A stretch of DNA of 64,000 nt from Phoronis australis (lineage: Eukaryota > Animalia > Phoronida). Positions 37,906 to 49,900 of the stretch are shown here, in pieces. The stretch's first letter is position 1, and each line of letters opens with the position of its first letter. Location of the stretch: NCBI GenBank assembly GCA_002633005.1, contig NMRA01000503.1, positions 62,001-126,000 on the forward strand, given 5' to 3'. Made by a program: the position numbers and the translations under genes. The notes under the pieces are model-generated. The model did not search any database, was not told the DNA's origin, and saw only the letters and a list, made by a program, of their open reading frames with translations.

Positions 37906-40900
37906 CTGAAAAGTCGTTAACAAACATAAGGTGAAATTCCTTGCTCCATAGAATACAGGAACTACTGATAAAATATTGATATCATTATGTTCAATGCCAC
38001 AACATGAAAAGAGAATGCTTTTGTCGTTACTGAAGGAGAAAGATTGTCTACTCAGAAGAACAGAATGATGCACAACAGCTTGGCTTGGGCTCATTCATAG
38101 GAAAATCCCAAGTGATCACCAGAATACACACATTTAGACAGGTGGACCAGGGGCCCGTTCCAACAAAACTGACTTAGCTAAGACAAATCATAAATTTTAG
38201 TAAATTTTAAGATAAGACTTAAATTTGTCTTGATACCGTTTCAAGAAAGTTTTAATCAAGTTTTTGATAAACGTTTTGTCTTAATTTTAACTATCTTACC
38301 GGATGTGGAAGTTTCAAAGTATGTAAGTTAAGACAAATCTTAGACTGAACGGGCCCCAGTACTGCACTAGCTTCTCCTAGTGCCATTTAACTTCTTGTTT
38401 TATTTCACTATTCACCATTACACGGCACTTTCAAACTTTGCTCGAGATTTCGACTCAAAAATCGACCAATCACAATGCGTGGGATTTGAAAGTTTACTCA
38501 GTTTGCCAAGCGACTGATCAATAATCAAAGTGAAACTCAAGTAAACTGAGGCAGTCCCCCTCTCATGTATGGAACTTACTCCTCTTTCAACACATGGCTA
38601 AGCCGGACAGATTGCTTGGAGCTTATTGTGCTGCCACTGACTGAGGACTTCTTCATGTGGGCCATATGTTTGGCTTGGTACTCTCGCTTTGCTTTTATCT
38701 GAATAACATAAAAAATGCAAGGACTCCAGTTACAACAAAAATGTATTTGTTATATGATACATCTAACATGGCAGAAGTGACTCAGGAGCTATGTTTAGGT
38801 AATATTAATTGTTTTTGTAATCATTTTTAACCTCTATTCTTCCATTTCCTGAAAGTTTCAATTGCTATTTCTATCGCCATTTTAACACGTACAAACACTG
38901 TGCCCTCTGTTAGCACTTTGTGAACCATGGTCTCCATCTCGGCATAATTTATGGTCTCATGATTTCACTTGATGTTTGCTGATTAAAATGTACTTGATTC
39001 TAAGTAAGTAACTAGGTGACTATTAAAGCTGAGATTTTAATCAATGTGTAGAAACGACAACTAGCATAGCAATCACAACTGAAATTATAATGTTGATGAA
39101 AGCGCCATTTATAGAATTAGCAGACAATCCAAAGGAACCAACCACAACATTACTAACTTTACACAAAATGTCTGTTAACAAGCTGTTACGAACAAAATTC
39201 CTGCACTGACCATCTCATAGTGTTTTTTACTTAAATTCAAAGCAACCAAATGCTTTACACCAGTTCAAATTTTAAAAGAGTGTTCTCCTCATATTAACAA
39301 CCTTAACATCAAAATCATGGAGGAGGCTGCTTCTCAACCTGATCTCAAATATCCCTTGACATGATAACAGTTGAATTCTATGATCAAAATAAATCAAGAG
39401 GTCACCTGTGATTGACCAGAAGTGGCCTAATTCTGGAAAGGTTGGCCAACCCTATGACACTTGATGGCTTCTTGACACTTCTTACTCGCCAGTGGCAAGA
39501 ATGGAGTTTTTGAGGATGGTACTCACTTTCTTAATCATGGCATTGAAACATGTTTTGTGAGGTCAAGCAACCCAATATAACTTGTGCCAACAGAAATACT
39601 GGTTGAAGACAATTCTGGCTTCTGCCATACTTGTTTTAGAGTCTAGGGCATTACCTGATCCAAGGATTTTGTGAAGGCGTCTAAATTGTCTTGGATTGCT
39701 TTGAGCTCTTTCTGCATATTGCGCTCCGCATTTGATAGTACTGGCATGGATTGTTGTAAGTTGTAGAGTACCTTGTATAGCCTGTAAGAGCAATAAGTCA
39801 ATGGTGTTAGTCCAATACAAGAGTACTTTGTATAGCCTATAACGGAAACAAGTCAATGGTGTTAGTCCAATACAAGAATACCTTGTATAGCCTGAAAGAG
39901 CAGCAAGTCAATGGCGTTAGTCCAATACAAGAGTACCTAGTATAGCATGTAAGAGCAACATGTAAATGGTATTAGTCCAATACACTGAAAGATGGTGTAT
40001 CACCAGTTGGCAATCAAGTTTTTTGCTTGACAACAGTTCATCACCGTTCAGAAGTTACACTGAGTGTGGATGGAGAAGAGGAATTTCTTGCACACTTTTT
40101 GTGGTCATCATGCCTGACACTGTAATGATGTAAGGATGACTGACAACATTCATACTCGAAAGCTACCATTACTTTGCCTTACTAGGTGTTGTACGCAATT
40201 TGCACAAGTTATGTGCCTTTGTTTCATGCTTGTCCACTGTTTATTTACGTGTCGTGCGGAACACGTTAAAATACGTTTTGTGAATTATTTTGCAAGTCGG
40301 TTTGAAAACGAGACACAGACAGGAGAAAGGAAATAAAGTAAGAAAATATATGAATTTGCAGAAATCTAAGAGCAATGCTATAATGTTAAACAATGTTTGT
40401 ATTGTTCGCAACGGTTATGAACTTCATTTGTAAGTAACTTTTATTTATTTTCTTGAATTTCAGATCAAATAAAAAATCTATACAATTTCAAACCAGTCTC
40501 CTTTATAACATTTGATATGGCGGTACACTAGGTGTAACCTTGCCTTTTTCATGACACAAAGTAGAATTACTTAAATGAAATAACTTCTTAACCAAAACAA
40601 CATTCAATTGGCAAATACCCAAAAATAATAGCTGTGCCACTTTCAAACCTTAAACCCCAAGGCAAATTCATCTCCGCAGCATGGAAAAAACAATCAAGTA
40701 AGTTTCTACAAGATGTGGATTTCTATGCTTCGCATCACCTGTCTTGTAGGCGCTGCTGCTCGTCACAACATTCCTCATATTTTTCAGCCAGCTCGCCAGC
40801 CCTCTCTCTCAACTCATTCTTACTCGCTTGGAAATCCCCCACATCACTCTGCTGCTGCTTCTTTAAATCTTCCAGAATTGAAGCTCTGCAGTAAAAGGTG

Positions 40901-43900
40901 TTGTGTGAGATAAAGATAGGAAACATCCAGCATCTTAAAGTAATTCAGGTACTTACTGATAAGTCTGTGCACTTTGCGAAATATCAACAAAACTACAGAT
41001 TTTAACTTAGTATTTTCTGAAATGAGAAAGTCTGTAGAATTTTATTTTTGACTTTATTGGGTTATGTGACCACATTATTTAAATAAAATGAAAATCATAA
41101 AAGTCAGATTTTTATAGCTCTTCAAGTAAAAGTGGAAAATTTTAATAACAATTCCTAACAAGGTTTCGGAGAACAGTGCACAAAGTATAGTTATTGTACC
41201 TAAAAGTTTTGTATGAGTCCAATGACCCATTTCTGAAACATGACGTTCTGAAGATCACCAAATTTGGACATTTTTCTAAGGTCTACATAACCTTGAAAGA
41301 AAACAAGAAAAACATAACTATGAAACACTGATTTATCTTGACGATAAACAGACCTGCGTTCAATTTCCTCTTGTGCCAAGTTTTGCTTCTCGATGTATTC
41401 CTGCCTGAATATCTGGGTCGTCCGCATCAGCAGCTGAAAACACTGTTGTTGAGTCATGCTTGTGTCAGGTTTGGTTCTAGAATGAATGTGATGAAGACAT
41501 CATTCAAAGATAATTCATTTCTCATAACATTATAAGGTGTAAACAAACAAAACTCTGATGGTAGAGGTGTTCTAGACATGCCTCACTATAAGAAATAAAA
41601 CTAAGCATCACTTGAGGCAGTGTTCTTCACAACAGAAAATTCAACTCGACTGGAATTACAAAATTCGTGCACGTGTTCATGTCCATACTGTGGGGAATAT
41701 GTTGGTTAAGTTGTGGAATGCATGCATTGAACTGGTACCAAAAATCCAAAATGTCCAAATTTCTTTATAAAATGACTAATTTCCCAATACTTTTAACTTG
41801 TTGCACAAGTTTCCAAACTCGACACAAGTAAGTTAAACTCGTCGCAGCAAAATTCTCCATTTATTTTGCAAAAGAATAAAATAAATATATTTTTTGGGTA
41901 GTTGGGGTGTGTGAAATAAAGTGAATTATACAGAGTTTGTTGATAGTGGGAAATTAACTGAGTAACCAAGCATCGCCAACAGCCCTAGTGCGAAACTAAT
42001 GCAATGGGTTGCCAATGTCATTTAATGAACAGTAATTCAGTTACTTTATCCTGTTCCAATAAAAAAGTAATTTACCCCATTGTCTGTGAAACACATTTTA
42101 ATAGTAAATGCCCTTGGGTAACAGGACAGTAAGATTAGCAGTAGGGCTATGCCTGCAAAACTGACCATGTGCAAACTATGCAAGGAAAGAAATTTCAGTC
42201 ATGTAGCCTCGTGCAAAATTAGTGAGATATAAAACATTATTTTTCATAAAAATTTTGGGTGTGAGAAATGAGATGAGCGTTCCAAATCAGTGGAGAATTA
42301 TAGTTTGTCCTTGCACACAAATTTCACAAGCATTCACATTAACAGCACTATTTTACCATGTATATACAAGTCAGAGTTGACTAAAAGGTTAGCTGGGTCA
42401 CTTTTATGAAATTAACACCATATGAAAGCTTTGTCAAAATCTATTGATTTGCCAACATGTCCAAAGCCATTTTGAAAATAGCAGATGAGCAGGGAATGCG
42501 TGGATATCTGGGCGCATGAAACGGCACAATTTCAAAACCTTCCCACAACAACAATAATCCAACAGACACTCATTCAAAACAAAGGGAAATAACATAGAAT
42601 TTGGTAATAATGTTTTTTCTTCAAGTCTATTTACCTTAAGATGGGATTAGATGTGCTTCTTTGTAGAATTTTCCTGATGCGATCTTGAAATGGTTCTCTG
42701 TGTACTTTTCTTAAAGGAGATGCAACAGCTTTGCCAGAGGAACTCGAGAGAAGGGGAGGAGTCTCGCTGTTGAGAGAGGCTCTACAAAATGACATGAAAT
42801 AGAGATACAAATAAAACAAAATCATAAATTGCCTGCACTAAATATGCGAATATATGGACTCGTACAATATCTACTCCATTAGCCACTTTGGTCTCGTACC
42901 TCAAATCTCCTTGAGCAGTGTTACAAAGTTACACCAATGAAGTTGTCATTTTTTAGTCATCCTACTGGTCTTGTGTGTCACATGTCATGAAACTGATCAG
43001 TTCCCATTTCCCTATTGGCTGATTACTTTCATATGTCTTAATATGCGTGCCAAACATAACAATATTTTAGTTTTAATGATTTCAGGTGACAAGTGTCTAA
43101 TGTGAAGATATTTTTTAATAAACAAAAACTCCTCCGTAACAGCCACATACTCTAAAGACACTTTAAAGACAATACAGTCTTCAATCAGCTGACATGCACT
43201 GCAGTTATGTAGTAAATTGACAGCAAGGATCACAAAGATGATGGATAAAGTGACAGTGAACATGTTCCATAAAAAAGTTTACACAACGCGGCTAGACTTT
43301 TTGTTTTCAAGCTTGATACTGGTTCGTTTGTAGTGTCAGAACAATCTCTCAATATATGAAAGCTCGTCCACCGTGAACTCAGCCGATCAATCTACACTTG
43401 TTATGAGCTTGCGAAGCAACATACCAATACTCTCCCTAGTATTGCTTAAGGATATTGTTCCGACACTACAAGCGAACCAGTATCAAGCTTGCAAACAAAA
43501 AGTCTAGTCGTGTTTTCAACAAAGTTTGTGTACATGAAGGGCTGCTATCCAATTAGACTAAAAAGAGTTTGGAAACAAACGAATTGAGTCAAAAGTTAAT
43601 TTTTTAGTCAAAACTATGCCCTTTCAATACAGCCTCAATTTAAAACAAAATAGAGAATATTGAATTTTATAATCAATGATGCACTTTCAAACACAGTAGG
43701 CTTAGAATGACACTAAGCTTCACTTGATTCTTACAAAAATCGATGATAAAAATACAGATACACACAGGACTGTTATTCACGAAATGTTCCTATTTTAATT
43801 ACATGCCTAGCTTGATGAAACTCAATTTTCATTCTAAACTCTTGAAAGCAAATATCTAAGCAATCAGAGTGACACTGAAATGTCCAGTCTTAGTTGTCAA

Positions 43901-46900
43901 TCGATACAGGTAGACTTACAACAGTGGCAACGCGATACATTCCACTTGTTCAGTCAAACACAGCAGAGTGTTTCCAAGGAGACTGTCCGACACAATACAC
44001 AATCCAGCGATAGGTGAATCAGGACTGAAATAGTCAAACAGCATTGTTCAGAGGTAGATGGCAGCACTTTATGTCAACACCTGCTCATGGAGCACTGCAC
44101 CAGGAGCAGTCAACAATCATCAAGCATAACTCATGACGTGAAAAGTCCTATGAATACAATAAGTTTTCTTTTAATTGCAGACAATTCAAGTTATTTAATA
44201 TTCTAATCATCAAGAAGTTTATCCATCATTTCTGGGATATTTTATTTTAAGGTTGTCTCAAACTTTATTTAGTGACCTTCTTTTTAACTCATATATCAAA
44301 AAACCAGGCTATGTCAATCAGTAAAGGTATATATTTCCTGAAAGCAAAAAAAGATCAGAGATAAATTTATAAAAATATGTTTTATATTCATGTGCCATGT
44401 TTTTACTAAACCAAATGTAGTCAACATTCATATGTTTTTCATTGCCAATTCTGATTTTCCTAAAACTGGGGCTCAAATTAGATACGGATGAAATCGTCCA
44501 ACCAATGAATGTAGTATTTTCATGTAGCACCCCCTCTGTTGGCCATATGCTATGACTTGGTCTTGCCAGTAGATATGTCATATCACCTAGCTACCAGCTA
44601 GGTACAGCCAGAAACATAGGACCAACAGACAGGGAGGGGGCACTCTCATGTTTTTTTAAAGAAAATTTGGAGTCATTACATCACTACTGATTCGGTACAC
44701 AGACAGAACTCCATATGAGTTCACTAATGTATTGAGAATACTCTGCGCATAACACCAGGCCAAAGTAGTCCCACATACCTGTCTGCTAGTGGTTTAGTAC
44801 AAATGAGATGTTCTACTATTGCATCTGCTCCCAGCACCCCTCGAAGGTATGAGTCACTGGTTTCTGAAACAAAAAGGGTAACTTAAAACACATTAGCAAA
44901 AGTTAAAGACAAAAAAGCAACATTGAATGAATTTCAAAAAAATATGAGCACAGCCCCAGAAATCACTTTGGCGTTATATCAAGATTCTCATTCATTCTCT
45001 TTTACACAAATTCATTAGTAAAACTGAGCTCAGAAGAGAAGGAGACACTTTTGTGCAATGCTCGATTGTCTGCTGGTAAACCTAGGATTCAAACTTGGTT
45101 CTCCCAAACGGGAGTCTGAAGCTCAAACCACTGAGCCACATGTAGTCAGTTGTAATAAACAGATACAATTTCCACATGCCCTCTACAACAACTGTATCTC
45201 CTTAACAACTGAATCTCACAACAGGGCCACATTTGGGGTGCAGGACCCACCCCAAATATTTGCAGCGTTAGAAGAAAAAGCATCTGTCTGCATGGTCTTT
45301 ATGATACAATAACACAACCTTAGGTGTCAGTCAGCTTATGGCATTAATGACAATACAGAAACCAAACAATTCGTATCAACATAGAAAACAATACAGAAAG
45401 TTGAGATTCCACAAAATTTATCGAGCATTCACTAACCATCATCACAGAACAGTTGCATCTTGTTAATCCATGGTAGTGCCACTGTGTGAATGCCAGCTGT
45501 ATGACTACAGTGGTATCGCTCTTTGCACACACAATCTGCAAAGTAAAAGGTTATTTCACAAATGCATTTTTATATAAAGGGACTCCCAAAAATATACTCA
45601 TACTTCAGTACCATTCCGGGAATTCAAATTCAGCTTCCATTGACCAGACTTTGCGTTTAGACCTGCTGAACGGTTACACCTAATTGTGAAACTAAGCGCA
45701 TAGTCATCATGTGCTCGGTATGTAAAAGGATGTCACATAAATTACTCAGATTTGGAGAATAAAAATCTGTGGCGCAATGCTGCTGGAAACTCAAAACTGT
45801 CAAGGAAGAGCAAAAACAATATTCTTCCCAAATTAATAAAGAGTGTATTTTCTTGTTTATAGACTTAATTCCCTTTTGGTCACCTCTTTATGAATTTAAA
45901 CCAGTAATCATGTTCCCAAGTCAACAAACAAGAGCAACGCAGAGCGTTGAAATGCGCCCACAATTGCACCGCATACAGTATCCTTCTAGGGTTGCTTATT
46001 CGTACCACAAAGTGGCCAGTAGAGGGCATATATGTAGTATGTTGTACTTTGCAAAATGGAAAGGCATGGTCATTGTCTCCTCAATAGGCTAGGGGCAAAA
46101 CATGAGTGATCTTCATAATACAAGCACATCCTATACATCAGTTGCTTAAAGCACCACAGAAACATAGAATTAAAAACAAATTTACCAACATACGAGATTA
46201 GCACAGCATTAGAATGCCAGAAACAAATTTCTACTTGGAACTTTTCCTTCATAGTCACGAAGTAACACAAAGTANNNNNNNNNNNNNNNNNNNNNNNNNN
46301 NNNNNNNNNNNNNNNNNNNNNNNNNNNNNNNNNNNNNNNNNNNNNNNNNNNNNNNNNNNNNNNNNNNNNNNNNNNNNNNNNNNNNNNNNNNNNNNNNNNN
46401 NNNNNNNNNNNNNNNNNNNNNNNNNNNNNNNNNNNNNNNNNNNNNNNNNNNNNNNNNNNNNNNNNNNNNNNNNNNNNNNNNNNNNNNNNNNNNNNNNNNN
46501 NNNNNNNNNNNNNNNNNNNNNNNNNNNNNNNNNNNNNNNNNNNNNNNNNNNNNNNNNNNNNNNNNNNNNNNNNNNNNNNNNNNNNNNNNNNNNNNNNNNN
46601 NNNNNNNNNNNNNNNNNNNNNNNNNNNNNNNNNNNNNNNNNNNNNNNNNNNNNNNNNNNNNNNNNNNNNNNNNNNNNNNNNNNNNNNNNNNNNNNNNNNN
46701 NNNNNNNNNNNNNNNNNNNNNNNNNNNNNNNNNNNNNNNNNNNNNNNNNNNNNNNNNNNNNNNNNNNNNNNNNNNNNNNNNNNNNNNNNNNNNNNNNNNN
46801 NNNNNNNNNNNNNNNNNNNNNNNNNNNNNNNNNNNNNNNNNNNNNNNNNNNNNNNNNNNNNNNNNNNNNNNNNNNNNNNNNNNNNNNNNNNNNNNNNNNN

Positions 46901-49900
46901 NNNNNNNNNNNNNNNNNNNNNNNNNNNNNNNNNNNNNNNNNNNNNNNNNNNNNNNNNNNNNNNNNNNNNNNNNNNNNNNNNNNNNNNNNNNNNNNNNNNN
47001 NNNNNNNNNNNNNNNNNNNNNNNNNNNNNNNNNNNNNNNNNNNNNNNNNNNNNNNNNNNNNNNNNNNNNNNNNNNNNNNNNNNNNNNNNNNNNNNNNCAA
47101 ATTTCATGAACATATGTCAAAGGGTTTTGGAGATAGAGCAGCGGACGCCGGACGGACGCCACCCGTACGGACGGACGGATGGACAGAGATGATGGCATAA
47201 TGCGTCCACATATAAATATGTGGGCGCATAAAAATCCAGTTATTGTCATTTGAAGAGCAAGCACATTTTGGGAGAGCCTTTACTTTAACATAGGCCACCT
47301 CAACAGTGCATAACAATGTTTCCTTCGAGGCCTCTTGATACATTCATTCTAGGTTTATTCTTTTTCATAAGAAACTATCACCAAGTAAACACCTCCAGCC
47401 ATTTGGACTCTACTGATGACCTCTGACCAATACTTGTATCTGTTATTGTTGTGCACTTCCAATGGCATCCCAATCAAATGTCATGAGGGTGTTTTTATTT
47501 TCATGAACACATTTTCCACAAGCCCCACGGGCTTACAAGTCACCTAAAAATTTGAACACTAGACCAATTACACAGCAAAAGCCTTCTCTATGCACGAATG
47601 ATGAAGTGTATACGTAATTCATACTAATTCAACATGAGAGACACCTGGACAAGAGTAAGAAACCCTGAGGTGTCTCGCTGGTCATCACATGAGGTGAGGA
47701 TCCTCACCCATCATCTGCATAGTGGTTTCAGTCATAAATGAAGAAAGGAACGGGAAGGGTGTGGAAGATCTGACACCTCAAAGTTCATGACACTGATCGA
47801 GGTACCTCCCGCATTATGCATTATGCATTATGCATACTACTAACAGAAATGGTTGAGGAAACAATGTGACACAGTGGGTTGAGTGTCTGCCTTCTGATCT
47901 CAAGGTCGTAGGTTTGAACCCCACTGGGCCCCATTGCTAAACCCTTGAGTAAGATCTCTAGCTCTTCAGCTTGGACTTAATTTATGAGTATATTAATGAA
48001 TGCAAATAGTGTCTGATGTTTGTTGCAATGTGGCCAACGATGAGGCCTGCGCGCGTCTGATGCAACACGTACTAGACCACCTGCAATATTTGTTTTGAAC
48101 AGAGTTGGTTGCGGCTGTACATCTAACTATTTCTAATTTACATTGGTCACTATTTAAACAAACCCTGTCTATTATCAAACATTACATTATGGACATGTGA
48201 AAAACTAATTCATCAGCACAATCATCAAATACATCCTGAAATATAAAACCCTTTACTCCACCTGCATGAAGGATGATTGGACAAGTGAACTCTTGCTGAT
48301 CCAAGAAGTCCAAGGATGGCCTTGTTAAAGCTAGTTCCAGCTCGACCTTTTCAAATACATGGAGACTATAGGGGGCATCGGATGCAAATATGCTGCTACT
48401 TCCTGTCCATGATTTTTCTGACTGAAAGAATCCAACACACCATACAATGTACAACAGTTAGTAAATGCCATCCAATATTTTTTCATTAGCGTAATGGTCC
48501 TAGAGTCAAATTTTAGAGTTGTAGGAAAGGACTATTCATAGGTAAGAGGGATTTTCAAGACTCGAGAGGGCAATAGTCTGATATAACGTGTTTGTATTTT
48601 GAGAACCAGTGGAGAAAATGGTTCGCAAAATTCAAGCCAGTTATATCAGACCATTACCATGAGGGTAATTTTGAATATCTATAAGATATTTCTTTTTAAG
48701 AGAACGAGGCCGATAGTCCCCAGAATCATGACCTCCAGGGCCCAGCATATGGATGATGTGTATCACATTAAATCACAATAACTAGCGTTTATAGGCACGA
48801 TGAAGTCCCACCAAGATTACTCTCACAGCTACATAACTTCAACAATGACTAAATACTTCTTTAGCAATGTGATGAAGGAAAAAACAATCTGTTGGCAGAT
48901 CATCGCAGCTAATACTAATAGTCATTTAACATCATAGTCTTCAAACATCATAGTAATACTATGCTAATTTGCAGCCAAGATGGTTGAAGACATGTGATCA
49001 ATTAGCTAACCTCGTAGGCATGTGATCATAGTATGCTCACCTGTAGCTTACCTCATACACATGTGATCATTGAATACTCAATCATTGCTAAGATGGACAT
49101 AGGCCCGCCATCATTGCATGCACACTCCAATCTAATATGGTCACAGGGAAGCTACACAGTGTTTCTTATAAAACTAAAATGCTGGAACTAACGTAAAGTG
49201 ACAGTTCCCGATCAGACTTATCATAAATCACCTGGACACATAATAAAAACGACCCCCAAGAATGGTTGTAAGATGCTCACTCTGGCAGTCTCCGGCTCAT
49301 CGTCGCTACTGTTCAATACGACACAGTGATAGAGCTTGCCCGTACTCTCAGCAATCACTAACACAGCAGGACGTGTGGGCAGACAGACGAGACTGCAGGC
49401 GTCTGTTCCATAGTTGTCATCCGCTGCAGGATACATGGCTAATGGACCTTCAACTAGGGATCGTTCTCTGAAAAGAAATAACTCTTTCAATGTCAAATGA
49501 ATTGAAAATAACAGCCTCAAAAGTGTTGTTTCATTGTTTCATTCACAAAAAAATATTTCTGCTCAAATTGGTAAGTGCAATTACCCTTAAAAGCTCATTT
49601 CACTATCTTTATAAGGTTAATATCTGTAAAGTCTCACCAATTTAGGACACAATATGGCAAATGTTCTCATTTTTTCATAAAAGGTAAGTGGCATCAAATT
49701 AATATTTTTCAATGTCTTGTACCATAGTTAATGTTAAAAGACTTTGAAAATTAAAGAAAGGTTAATTTTGGCAAAATTTTCATCAAACATTGTTAAGCTT
49801 TCTAAAAAAAAAAACTTGGCCGCTTACCCATACACTATCAGTCTTCAAATTTATAACTAGCAATGTCATAGTGAATAACTAGTCTTCCACTACAATCCTA

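Noticed and set aside
39563-39856. 97-aa minus-strand ORF
   Set aside because: It is the frameshifted read-through from repeat copy 2 across NUP88 exon 13, not an independent gene.
45071-45142. Functional tRNA gene
   Set aside because: A- and B-box-like motifs are present, but the acceptor and anticodon stems do not pair convincingly; treated as a SINE relic.
46275-47097. A missing NUP88 exon inside the gap
   Set aside because: The expected RYHCSH..GIH exon is at 45437-45535 and joins exon 6 in phase.
46070-47264. Long ORFs of 281-351 aa in the ORF track
   Set aside because: Artefacts of translating the N gap.
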